37,707 nucleotides of DNA from Burkholderiales bacterium (GCA_038218895.1 JBBRJU010000001.1:1-37707), one strand, 5' to 3'; positions 26,449-35,336 are shown, counted from the first letter of the stretch. The notes: a model not told the origin generated them from the sequence alone. Translations and numbers: made by a program.

Positions 26449-28271
26449 CCGCCAGCCTGCGCATCCAGCGCCTGCACGCCCGCATCGAGTCTGGCGCCCA
26501 GCCGGTGGCGGCCCGGCTGGCGCTGCACAGCCTGGGCGCCGAGTTGGCGGACGTGCTGCCCACCGCGCTGGCACCGCAAGCCCTGCTGATGCTGCGCCGC
26601 GTGCACCTGACGCTGCCGGCCGCCGCGCTGCGCCAATGGCCCGACGCGGCGCTGCGCCAGCAGCTGCGCGACGCCGGCCGCCGCCACCTGGATGACGCCG
26701 CCGCCCAGGCCCGGCGCCCGGCGCTGGAATGGGTTGGCGACGAGGCGGCTGCCGTGCTGTTTGCTGACGAGGCAGAGCTGCTCGCCTGCCTGGCGCGTGA
26801 CGCACTGCGCGGCGGCGGCGAGCGCCTGGCGCACTGGTGGTGGCGCGACCTGCTGCAAGGCACCTGGCCCGATTGGCGCACCGCCTTCACCCAGCGCCCG
26901 CAGGCGGTGCCGGCGGCGTTGCGCCTGCTGGTGCGGGTGGATGCCGACTTGGCGGTTTCACTCGGGCTGGCGTTGGGTGGGGCAGCCGTTGCCCAGGCGC
27001 CCGCGCTGCCTGGGCAAGGCCCGGCCCCGCACAGCGTGCCTCAGGCAGCGGTGGTTCGGGCGCCCAAGCCAAGGCCGCAGCGCGGGCCGATATTGGTGAC
27101 GCCGGCCACCGCCAACAGGCCACTTGCCGATGAAATGGCGTGGCCAGGCACGGCGCGGGTGCACGACCGGGCTGAGCCAGACCCATTGCAGCGTTTCGCG
27201 GCCTTGCCGCAGGGACCGCCGGTTGCCGAGCGGGGGCCAGCGCTGCCGCAAGCTGCGCCGGTTCAGTCAGCTGCTGCTGTACGCGGGGGTGGCGATGCGG
27301 CGCGCCCGGTGGATGCTGCTGCGCTGCCCCATGCGCTGCGGCCTCACGCGCTGCCGCCCCACACGCTGCCAGCCAGCGCCAGCCTGGCCGCAGTTGCAGC
27401 GCCGGGGCCCGCAGCAGCCAACGCCACCGAGCCACTGGCCGGTCGCCAGCGCGCAGGCCGCACTGCAGCGCAGGCGACGATGGCGCCCCAGCCCGCCGCC
27501 ACGCCGGCCACGGCGCCTGGCCTGCCGCCGGTAACCATCCAAGCGCAGCGCGCCGGGCCGCCTGCGTCGTCAGCCAAACCCCGCTCGGCCAAGCGGCTGA
27601 CCCCACGGCGTGCAGCGCGCCCACCGCCCGACGCCAGCGCGCTCGCCCAGCCTGAATCGCCGCCTGAACCCGTGCCCGGACCCGTGCCCGAAATCGCGCC
27701 TGAAACCGCACCAGACTGGCCCCTGCCCCAAGCGCTGACAAGCCCGCAGGCCAGGCTGCTGCTGCTGGTGGGCGCGCTGCAAGACGATGGGCTCTACCCT
27801 GACTTCACCCGCCCGCGCGACGCCGGCTTCCCGCTGCCGATCTGGCACCTGCTGGCTGCCCTGGGTGTGCGGTGGCTGGGCGCTGCCGCGCTGCGCGGCG
27901 ACCCGCTTTGGCAGGCCTTGCGCACCCGCAGCGGCGCCATCCCGCAGCCGAAGCCCGCGCAGCTTGCCGAGTGGTGGCCGCTGGCCGGCGGTGCTCCGGC
28001 CCGCGCCAGCCTGGCCGCCTGGCTGCGCGGCTACAGCATGGCCTTGCGGCAGCGTCTGCTGGCGCGGCTGGCCGTTGACGATGCCGGCTTCACCGCCGCA
28101 CTGACCGCCCAACCCGGTGAGCGGCCGGCGCTGGTCTGGCTGTCAGAAGCCGACATCGTGGCCGAGTTCGACCTGAACCACCACCCGCTCGCCTGGCGCC
28201 TGGCCGGGCTGGACCGTGACCCTGGCTTCCTGCCGAGTGCCGGCGTGTCACTTCGCTACCGGTTCACGTGA
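26445..28271 (+). CDS. Putative CIS tape-measure-like protein (Afp14 position)
   Basis: Lies directly before the AAA ATPase; LRIQRLHAR N-terminus, long Ala/Pro-rich middle, C-terminal LAWRLAGLDRDPGFLP...YRF. The function is inferred from synteny. Confidence 0.62.
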   Translation: MTASLRIQRLHARIESGAQPVAARLALHSLGAELADVLPTALAPQALLMLRRVHLTLPAAALRQWPDAALRQQLRDAGRRHLDDAAAQARRPALEWVGDEAAAVLFADEAELLACLARDALRGGGERLAHWWWRDLLQGTWPDWRTAFTQRPQAVPAALRLLVRVDADLAVSLGLALGGAAVAQAPALPGQGPAPHSVPQAAVVRAPKPRPQRGPILVTPATANRPLADEMAWPGTARVHDRAEPDPLQRFAALPQGPPVAERGPALPQAAPVQSAAAVRGGGDAARPVDAAALPHALRPHALPPHTLPASASLAAVAAPGPAAANATEPLAGRQRAGRTAAQATMAPQPAATPATAPGLPPVTIQAQRAGPPASSAKPRSAKRLTPRRAARPPPDASALAQPESPPEPVPGPVPEIAPETAPDWPLPQALTSPQARLLLLVGALQDDGLYPDFTRPRDAGFPLPIWHLLAALGVRWLGAAALRGDPLWQALRTRSGAIPQPKPAQLAEWWPLAGGAPARASLAAWLRGYSMALRQRLLARLAVDDAGFTAALTAQPGERPALVWLSEADIVAEFDLNHHPLAWRLAGLDRDPGFLPSAGVSLRYRFT

Positions 28272-30172
28272 TGCGTGCCCTCGACACCCTCGACCTGCTC
28301 CCGCCCGAAGCCGCCGCGTTGCGCCCGCTGCTGCTCGCTGCCGCCTGGCGTGTGACACAAACCGCGCTGGAGCAGCTGGGCGGCGAGGCGGGTGTGGCCG
28401 AGCGCTTCCCGTTCTTGCTGGCGCTTGCCGAGGCCTTCGCGGCAGTGGACGACGCACCGCCGCCACATGCGCCGCTGGCCGCGCTGGCGCAGGCTGCGCG
28501 TTGGCCAGCCATCGCCGCCGAGTTGTGGCTGCTGCACGGGTTGGTTGAAGAAGATGCGCGCTTTGCGGCCGTGTTCGAGGCGCTTGACGGCCAACCCGCG
28601 CCCACCCAGGCTTTGCTGCAAGGCTGGTGGGGCAGCCTGCCGGGCGAAGGCTTGCGGCCCGCCTTGCGCGCGCTGACCCAGCTGGGCCTGCTGCGCCCCT
28701 GCCACCCCGGCGCCCAGCGCAGCGAGCAGGTGTTCGAGGTGGAAGAAGCCTGCTGGGCCGCGCTGCGCGGTGAAGCGCAGGCCGAACCGCTGCCCGGCAT
28801 GCGGCTGCAAGCGCCGAGCCGCGCGCCGCGCCTGCGCGAGCTGGTGCTGGATGCCGCCACCCAGGCCTGGCTCGCCGGCCCGGCCGCCGCGCAGTTGGAC
28901 GCCGGCTGGACGCTGATCGTGCGCGGGGTCGAGCACAACGGCCGCGCCAGCCTGCTGGCAGTGCTGGCCCGCCGCGAAGGCCGGCCGCTGCTGAGCCTGA
29001 CGCTGGCACCCGGCGATCAGTTGCCCGCTTGGCTGGGCGCGCTGTGCACGCTGACCCAGGCCCGGCCGCTGCTGCGTGTGCAGCCCACGCCGGGCGAGGC
29101 GCTGCGCTTGCCGGTGTTGACCGGCTACCAGGGCTGGCTGGGCGTGGTCTGTGCTGAAGAAGACGCGCTGGACGGGCTCGACGGCGCCTCGGCGACGTTG
29201 CACTTGCCCCTGCCCGGCCTGGCCCAGCGGCGTGCGCTGATCGACGCGGCCGGGGCCGACGTGGCGCTGGCCGCGCGGGTGCATCTGGCGAGCGGCCACT
29301 TGCACCGCGCGCTGGCCAGCGGCGCCCGAGATGAGGAGGCATTGCGCGAAGCGGCGCTTGCCGGCGGCAGTGCCGCGCTGGCCAGCCTGACCCAGCGCCT
29401 GCCGCTTGACGGCGCAGCCGAAGACACGCTCGTGCTCGACACCGCGCTGCGCCAAGACCTCGACGCGCTGACCGCACGCTGCCGCCAGCGCGATGCGCTG
29501 CGCGCCGCGCTGCCGGCGGCCTTTGGCGCGCGGCTGAATGCAGGCGTGCGCGCGCTGCTGGCAGGTCCGTCGGGCACCGGTAAAACGCTCGCCGCCCAGG
29601 TGCTGGCGCGCCGGCTTGGCGTGCCGCTGTTCCGGCTCGACCTGGGTGCGGTGGTCAGCAAATACATCGGCGAAACCGAACGCAATCTGCACCGCGTGCT
29701 AAGTGCTGCGCAGGCGCTCGACGTGATGCTGCTGCTTGACGAAGGCGACGCGCTGTTGGCACCACGCACCGAGGTGGGTTCCAGCAACGACCGCTATGCC
29801 AACCTCGAAACCAACTTCCTGTTGCAGCGGCTGGAAAGCCACCAGGGCCTGGTGCTGGTGACCACCAATGCCATCGCCCGCATCGACACCGCCTTCATGC
29901 GCCGCTTCGATTTGATCGTGCACTTCCGCGCGCCTGAAGCCGCCGAGCGGCTGCTGCTGTGGCGCGCCCATCTGCCGGCCAACCATGCGCTGGCGCCAGG
30001 CGCGCTGGCCGCCATTGCCGAAGCCTGCGTGCTCGCAGGCGGGCAGGTGCGCAATGTGGTGCTCGACGCCGCGTCGGCCGCGCTGACCCACAGTACGGTG
30101 GTGGACGAAACACTGCTGCTCGCCGCGCTGCGGCGCGAGTACCGGCGCAGCGGCAGCCTCTGCCCGATCTAG
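28271..30172 (+). CDS. AAA+ ATPase (Afp15/Pvc15-like)
   Basis: Walker A GPSGTGKT, pore loop VVSKYIGETERNL, Walker B LLLDEGD, NDRYANLETNFLLQRLE, IDTAFMRRF. Confidence 0.96.
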   Translation: MRALDTLDLLPPEAAALRPLLLAAAWRVTQTALEQLGGEAGVAERFPFLLALAEAFAAVDDAPPPHAPLAALAQAARWPAIAAELWLLHGLVEEDARFAAVFEALDGQPAPTQALLQGWWGSLPGEGLRPALRALTQLGLLRPCHPGAQRSEQVFEVEEACWAALRGEAQAEPLPGMRLQAPSRAPRLRELVLDAATQAWLAGPAAAQLDAGWTLIVRGVEHNGRASLLAVLARREGRPLLSLTLAPGDQLPAWLGALCTLTQARPLLRVQPTPGEALRLPVLTGYQGWLGVVCAEEDALDGLDGASATLHLPLPGLAQRRALIDAAGADVALAARVHLASGHLHRALASGARDEEALREAALAGGSAALASLTQRLPLDGAAEDTLVLDTALRQDLDALTARCRQRDALRAALPAAFGARLNAGVRALLAGPSGTGKTLAAQVLARRLGVPLFRLDLGAVVSKYIGETERNLHRVLSAAQALDVMLLLDEGDALLAPRTEVGSSNDRYANLETNFLLQRLESHQGLVLVTTNAIARIDTAFMRRFDLIVHFRAPEAAERLLLWRAHLPANHALAPGALAAIAEACVLAGGQVRNVVLDAASAALTHSTVVDETLLLAALRREYRRSGSLCPI

Positions 30173-30174
30173 CC

Positions 30175-33100
30175 ATGCTTGCGCCCCGCAGTTTTTCCCG
30201 CCGCGAGGCCAAGCCCAAGACCGACCTGCGCTTTGCTGCGGCCACCGATGCGGCCAAGGTCGGTGCGGCCAGGTTGAAGCGGCACCCGCCGGTGGCGCAA
30301 AAGGCGCGCGAGGCGTCCAAGTCCACCAAGCCGCCGCCCAATGAGCGGCTGGCACGCGCCAAGGCCAAGGTGGTCGATGCGGTCAAGGATGCCCCGGCGC
30401 CCAAGCCCCAGCCCGACGCGTTCAAGGCCCTGCTGCGCGCCGAAATCGACAAGGCCATGCCCAGGACCCTGGGCGATGCCGAAACGTTCATGGACGGCGG
30501 CGCCAAGGGCCGGATGAGCGGTGCGCTCAGCGGCGGTGTGGCCGGTCAGAAGGCCGCAGCGGCCGGCCCGAGCAGCCAGGCCGTGAAAAAGCTGCCCGAT
30601 GCCGCCAGCGTGCCCGAGCAGCCCAGCACCGCGCTGCCGGCCGAGCCGCAGCCCGTGGCGCCCACTGTGCCCGGCGCGCAGGCCATGCCGTTGCCGGCCA
30701 AGGCTGAAGAGGTGTCGCTGCAAGCCACCAAGCAAGACACCGACGACGCGTTGAAGGCCGAAAGGATCAAGCCCGAGAGCCTGCCCAAAGCCAACGATTC
30801 GCGCTTTTCGGGCGTGGCGGCCGCCAAGAGCCAGGTGGCCGCACAGGCCGACCGCGCACCTGCCGGCTTTCGCGCCAAAGAGGCCGGGCTGCTGGGCGCC
30901 GCAGGCAAACAGGCTGGCGGCATTGCACGGCGCGGCGCGCTGCTGATGGGCGGGCAGCGCGGCCAGGGCAATGCCCGGGTGTTGACGCGCCAACAGCAGC
31001 AGGCTGCCAAGGAACAGGCCGAACGGCTGAAGGTGGCCGCCACCGTCGAGGCCATCTACAGCCGCAGCAAGACGCGTGTGGAAGCCAAGCTGGCGGGGCT
31101 CGACACGGAAGTCAGCGCGCTGTTCGACCCCGGCGTGGAAGCCGCGCTGTCGGCGATGAAAACCTTCGTCGACAGCAAGCTCCTCGCCTACAAACTCGAT
31201 CGCTACCTCTCGATTCCGGTCGTCGGCGCTGCCCGCTGGCTTCGCGACCAGTTCCGTGGCCTGCCCGAAGACGTGAACCGCTTCTACACCCAGGGCCGCG
31301 CCGTGTTTCAGCAAGGCATGGGCGCGCTGATCGACCGCATCGCCAACCTGGTTGAAAAGCGCCTCGCCGAGGCCAAGGCCGAAGTGGCTGCAGGCCAGGC
31401 CGAGATCAAGGCCTATGTGGCCGGCCTACCCGCCAGCTTGCAGGCCGCAGGCCAGGCGGCCGAGAAGTCGATGGCCGAGCGCTTCACGGCACTGAGCCAG
31501 GGCATCGAAGACAAGAAGAACGAACTGGCTGCCAGCCTGGCACAAAAGTACAAAGAGGCGTTCGACAAGTCCGACGAAGCGCTCAAGGCCATCCAGGATG
31601 AAAACAAGGGCCTGGTGGCCGGCTTCATCGGCAAGCTGGTCGAAATCGTCAAGGCGCTGCTGGAGTTCAAGGCCAAGCTGCTGAGCCTGCTCAAGAAGGG
31701 CATGGAGGCGATTCAGCTGATCCTGGACGATCCGATCGGCTTCCTTGGCAACCTGCTGGCGGCGGTCAAGGGCGGCTTCCAGGCCTTTGTGAACAACATC
31801 TGGACGCATCTGAAAGCCGGTTTCATGAAGTGGCTGTTCGGCGCGATGGCGGGCATGGGCATCGCATTGCCCAACGACCTGAGCCTGGTGTCGGTCTTCA
31901 AGCTGGTGCTCGACGTGCTCGGCATCACCTACGACAAGATGCGCGCCAGGGCTGTCAGGTTGATCGGCGCGCGTGCGGTGGCTGTGGTCGAGAAGGTGGT
32001 CGATGCCGTGAATGACCTCGTCACCGGCGGCGTGGCCAAGCTCTGGGCGCATGTGAAGGACGACTTGGCCAGCCTCAAAGACATGGTCATCAGCGCCATC
32101 ATGGACTGGCTGATCGACACCGTGGTCAAGCAGGCCGTGACCAAGATCGTCAGCATGTTCAACCCTGCCGGCGCCATCATCCAGGCCGTCATCGCGATCT
32201 ACAACGTGATCATGTTCGTGATTGAAAAGGCGCAGCAGATCATGGCGTTGATCGAAGCGGTGGTGAACTCGGTTTACGCGATCGCGTCGGGCTCGGTTGG
32301 CAGCGCGATCGCCTGGATCGAAAAATCACTGGCCGCGACCATTCCCGTGGTGATCGGCTTCCTGGCGCGCCTGCTCGGCCTGTCCGGCATCAGCGACAAG
32401 ATCCAGGGCTTCATCAAGAAGGTGCAGGCCAAGGTCGACGCCGCCATCGACAAGGTGCTGGCCAAGATCGTGGGCATGGCCAAGAAGCTGTTTGGGGCAG
32501 TGAAGGCGGGGGCCAAGAAGCTGCTGCAGTGGTGGAAGAAGAAACTGCCCTTCACTGGCGGTGGCGAGTCTCACGCACTCGACTTTCACGGCGAGGAAAA
32601 GAGCGCCCAGCTGATGGTGAACTCGAAGAAGAAGCCGGTGGCCGAATTCGTGCTGGACTTCGTCGATGTCAAGGGCAGTGCGGGTGAACAGGCGCAGGCC
32701 AAGGCCTGGGACGTCAAGATCACGGCGACGCAGATGCAATTGCGTGCGGCGAAAGATGCCGACGACGAAGCCAAGCTGGAGAGCCTCTCCACGGTGCTCG
32801 ACGGCCAGCTCGAATCGCTGAGCCTGGTCCTGCAAGGCCTGCTCAACAAAGGTGCGGGCCTGGGCGGCCCGGACAACCCTCTGCTGATCGACTACCCGAA
32901 ACGCCGCGCCAGCGCCTATCCCGTCATCTATGCCGGCCCGCGAGTCGGCGAAGGCCTGCGGATCAACCAGCAGTGGCTCAAACCACTCGTCGGCAAACCG
33001 AATGTCGCCGCCAGGACAACGCTGATGTCGTTTGAGAATCGGCTCAAGAAGAACAACGGCTTCAACGATTGGAATGGCGCAACCGACGTCGTCAACGCCT

Positions 33101-33498
33101 ACAGCCCGCTTGCGCGGACCACCCTGGGCGGCAAGCAGCTCGGGCTCGGGAGCGCGTTCGCCTCGCTCGGGCCAGGCAAGGTTCTCAACTACAGCGTGAA
33201 GGAGGGCACTGGCGGCGGAAGCAAGGTCAACGAAATTTTCCGACCTTATGGCTTTGTCCCGTCCAGCAAGGGTGGCGAAGGATTGGACGGTGACCACGTG
33301 CTGGAGCGACAACTCGGCGGTCCGGATGAGCCTGCCAACCTGTGGCCGCTCGACAAGAGCGAAAACCGCAGCAGCGGCTCCACCATCAAGAGCATGCGTG
33401 TCACGGTGAAAAAGCAGGTCATGACGGTGCACCAGGCCAAGGACGAGCTGAAAAAGAAACAGTCGCTTTACCTCCTCGTTCGAAGCACGAAGGGATGA
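30175..33498 (+). CDS. Putative eCIS cargo/effector: helical scaffold plus C-terminal HNH-type nuclease domain (1107 aa)
   Basis: ATG 3 nt after the ATPase stop; Lys/Ala/Pro-rich N-terminus; helical and hydrophobic core (DPIGFLGNLL, SMFNPAGAIIQA); tip LDGDHVLERQLGGPDEPANLWPLDKSENRSSG. Confidence 0.8.
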   Translation: MLAPRSFSRREAKPKTDLRFAAATDAAKVGAARLKRHPPVAQKAREASKSTKPPPNERLARAKAKVVDAVKDAPAPKPQPDAFKALLRAEIDKAMPRTLGDAETFMDGGAKGRMSGALSGGVAGQKAAAAGPSSQAVKKLPDAASVPEQPSTALPAEPQPVAPTVPGAQAMPLPAKAEEVSLQATKQDTDDALKAERIKPESLPKANDSRFSGVAAAKSQVAAQADRAPAGFRAKEAGLLGAAGKQAGGIARRGALLMGGQRGQGNARVLTRQQQQAAKEQAERLKVAATVEAIYSRSKTRVEAKLAGLDTEVSALFDPGVEAALSAMKTFVDSKLLAYKLDRYLSIPVVGAARWLRDQFRGLPEDVNRFYTQGRAVFQQGMGALIDRIANLVEKRLAEAKAEVAAGQAEIKAYVAGLPASLQAAGQAAEKSMAERFTALSQGIEDKKNELAASLAQKYKEAFDKSDEALKAIQDENKGLVAGFIGKLVEIVKALLEFKAKLLSLLKKGMEAIQLILDDPIGFLGNLLAAVKGGFQAFVNNIWTHLKAGFMKWLFGAMAGMGIALPNDLSLVSVFKLVLDVLGITYDKMRARAVRLIGARAVAVVEKVVDAVNDLVTGGVAKLWAHVKDDLASLKDMVISAIMDWLIDTVVKQAVTKIVSMFNPAGAIIQAVIAIYNVIMFVIEKAQQIMALIEAVVNSVYAIASGSVGSAIAWIEKSLAATIPVVIGFLARLLGLSGISDKIQGFIKKVQAKVDAAIDKVLAKIVGMAKKLFGAVKAGAKKLLQWWKKKLPFTGGGESHALDFHGEEKSAQLMVNSKKKPVAEFVLDFVDVKGSAGEQAQAKAWDVKITATQMQLRAAKDADDEAKLESLSTVLDGQLESLSLVLQGLLNKGAGLGGPDNPLLIDYPKRRASAYPVIYAGPRVGEGLRINQQWLKPLVGKPNVAARTTLMSFENRLKKNNGFNDWNGATDVVNAYSPLARTTLGGKQLGLGSAFASLGPGKVLNYSVKEGTGGGSKVNEIFRPYGFVPSSKGGEGLDGDHVLERQLGGPDEPANLWPLDKSENRSSGSTIKSMRVTVKKQVMTVHQAKDELKKKQSLYLLVRSTKG

Positions 33499-33507
33499 CC
33501 GTCCAAC

Positions 33508-33712
33508 ATGCCGCTGGTGCGCCCCGACCCGGCCGACGGCTGCGGCAAGCTGGTCCGCCTGACGCCTGAAGGCCTGGCCACGCGACAGGCGGCTTGTGGC
33601 CCAGCTGGGCCAGGGTCTGGCCCAGCTGCAGGGCTTGGCCAGTGACACCGCGCTGCGCGACGCGCTGGGCGTGCTGCCCCAGCTGCGCCAGTGGTTCGAC
33701 CAGCACCGCTAG
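33508..33712 (+). pseudogene. MarR-family regulator C-terminal remnant (5'-truncated, frameshifted)
   Basis: LVRPDPADGCGKLVRLTPEG resembles the MarR wing motif (R.PDP.DGR...V.LT..G). It continues in another frame as LAQLQGLASDTALRDALGVLPQLRQWFDQHR*. Confidence 0.6.
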
Positions 33713-34099
33713 ACGCCGCGCGCCGCGTCAGCTGGCCGGCGCGACGATCTGCGCAGCCGGCAGGTCGCGCACCAAGCTGCGCACCAGGCCGGTGGCGGTG
33801 GACACTCGCAGCGGCCGCCACGGGGACCGACTGCGCTGCGACAGTATTTTCCAGTTCAGGCATGCGCCTGAAGCGAGCGGGGCGTGATGCTGTGCGGTGG
33901 TCGAGTTGATCTGGCCAAAAGGGACAGTCTGTCGAAGCGCTGGTTTGCCGAATTCCTCTTGATGAGGCCCTCGCCGGGCCGCCGGAGGCGTCCCGATCAC
34001 GTACATGTACTCATGCGTGACTCCACCCACTCATATAGGTCCTGACGCTTTGATTTCAGCGCCCTGCAGCGGCTTGCATGGGTGGCTCTTGAATTGACC

Positions 34100-34616
34100 T
34101 CAGGCGGCCTTCGTGGGTTGAGTTCGATGTGCGTTGAACAGTCGGAACAACTCAGCCTTCGCGCGTTGCATTCCTTGGGCTGCAGCCAGATCGGTTTTCG
34201 CATCGGCCATCGCCTGTAGTGTTGCCAGCGTCACGCCCGCCTTCAACCGAGCCAGTCCCTTGCCGCAGAGCTGATCGAAGGCCGCCAGCGGTGTCTTCAC
34301 ATCCTCATGGCGATAACGTTTGATGACCTTGCCTTTGGGGTTGACGGCCTCACTGGCGAACATGCAAGGGCGTTGCAGATTCAGCGTTGTCATTGCTGTG
34401 GCGTGCGCGTGAATCGGTCTGCTTCACGAACAACGTCTGCAGCAGCTTGGCCACCCGGCCGTTGATGTACGCCCAGCCGTTGTCGGGGTGAAATCCGACG
34501 ATCTCGAACGGGAACTGCTCCAGGATCAAAGCTAGCACCGGCAGCAAGAATGCCTCGCTGATCCCCTGCACGCAGGCCTGCACCTGCCACTGGCTGACTT
34601 CGTCGATGCAGTTGAT
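34100..34616 (-). pseudogene. Integrase-core (DDE) transposase remnant, ISNCY/IS481-like, internally deleted
   Basis: INCIDEVSQWQVQACVQGISEAFLLPVL...FHPDNGWAYIN...SRARHSNDNA joins out of frame at about 34385 to LNLQRPCMF...KRYRHEDVKTPL. The N-terminus and the final catalytic Glu region are missing. Confidence 0.8.
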
Positions 34617-34712
34617 CCGCCGCGCGAACGTGGCCATCAGGCGGCAGAACCTGCCCACCGTTCAGTCGGGGACACCGACCCTCAGATGCAGCCGAGTCCC
34701 CGAACCCGCCGT

Positions 34713-34907
34713 TCACGTCTTGGCGGACTTCTTCATGTCGCTGACGGCTTCCTTCAGGTCGCCGACACCCTTCTGAATTTTCCCCTTGGCTTGCGTCTTC
34801 AGGCCTTTTGCCTGCTGTGTCTTGTTGCCGGTCAGTTTGCCGGCTTCTTCCTGGATTTTGCCGCCGATGTCTTTCAGCGCGCCCTTGACTTGGTCCTTGT
34901 TCGTCAT
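34713..34907 (-). CDS. csbD: CsbD-family stress response protein (64 aa)
   Basis: MTNKDQVKGALKDIGGKIQEEAGKLTGN...KGKIQKGVGDLKEA; GAGGA RBS upstream. Confidence 0.92.
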   Translation of the reverse strand: MTNKDQVKGALKDIGGKIQEEAGKLTGNKTQQAKGLKTQAKGKIQKGVGDLKEAVSDMKKSAKT

Positions 34908-35024
34908 GATGAGATCCTCAAAAAATAGGTTGATAAAACGTACCTGAACGGCCACCACACCCTGTGCGCCGAAGAACCGGCGCGCCTGCACGATAACCCG
35001 GCGCGTCGGCTCATAGCCAACGCG

Positions 35025-35336
35025 TCACTTGGGCCTCCTGTCGTTCTTGACGGACTTGACGCCGCCCACGCCACGCGTCACCTCGACAGCCTTGTTGATG
35101 TCGGCCTGCGAATTGACGAAGCCGCTCAACTGCACGACGCCCTTGAAGGTTTCAACGTTGATCTCCGCCGACTTGAGCGTGGGCTCGCCGAACACGGCCG
35201 ATTTCACCTTCGCCGTGATGGCCGTGTCGTTAAGATATTCGCCGGTCCCCTCCTGCTTGGAGGTGGACGCACAGCCGATGAATGCAGCCATCACGAGCAT
35301 CAGGATGAAGGTGGTATAGCGCTTGACTTGTGTCAT
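35025..35336 (-). CDS. BON-domain (OsmY-like) lipoprotein (103 aa)
   Basis: GAGGAG RBS; lipobox-like FIGC; GEYLNDTAITAKVK...INVETFKGVVQLSGFV...GVKSVKND. Confidence 0.92.
   Translation of the reverse strand: MTQVKRYTTFILMLVMAAFIGCASTSKQEGTGEYLNDTAITAKVKSAVFGEPTLKSAEINVETFKGVVQLSGFVNSQADINKAVEVTRGVGGVKSVKNDRRPK

Larger units (their letters stand above)
5168..33498 (+). other. Afp/PVC-like contractile injection system (eCIS) operon, 19 genes
   Basis: Co-oriented, mostly overlapping or abutting genes for DUF4255, sheaths, tubes, spike, baseplate, fibre, AAA ATPase and cargo. No capsid, portal or terminase and no TssJLM. Confidence 0.95.

Noticed and set aside
7457-26805. Long minus-strand ORFs (e.g. 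7457-9382, 9099-11582, 23237-25171, 24472-26805)
   Set aside because: Antisense shadows of high-GC3 genes, with no motifs.
5168-33498. Prophage or R-type pyocin
   Set aside because: No capsid, portal, terminase, integrase or lysis genes. DUF4255, the Afp15-like ATPase and gp19-type tubes indicate an eCIS.
5168-33498. Canonical T6SS
   Set aside because: No TssJ/L/M, TssA, TssK, ClpV or split TssB/TssC sheath.
33597-33612. Perfect 16-bp palindrome TGGCCCAGCTGGGCCA as an operator
   Set aside because: It lies inside the MarR remnant coding sequence in GC-rich DNA, with no downstream promoter context.
34666-34703. Hairpin TCGGGGAC...GTCCCCGA downstream of csbD as a terminator
   Set aside because: The loop is long and there is no U-tract; too weak to call.
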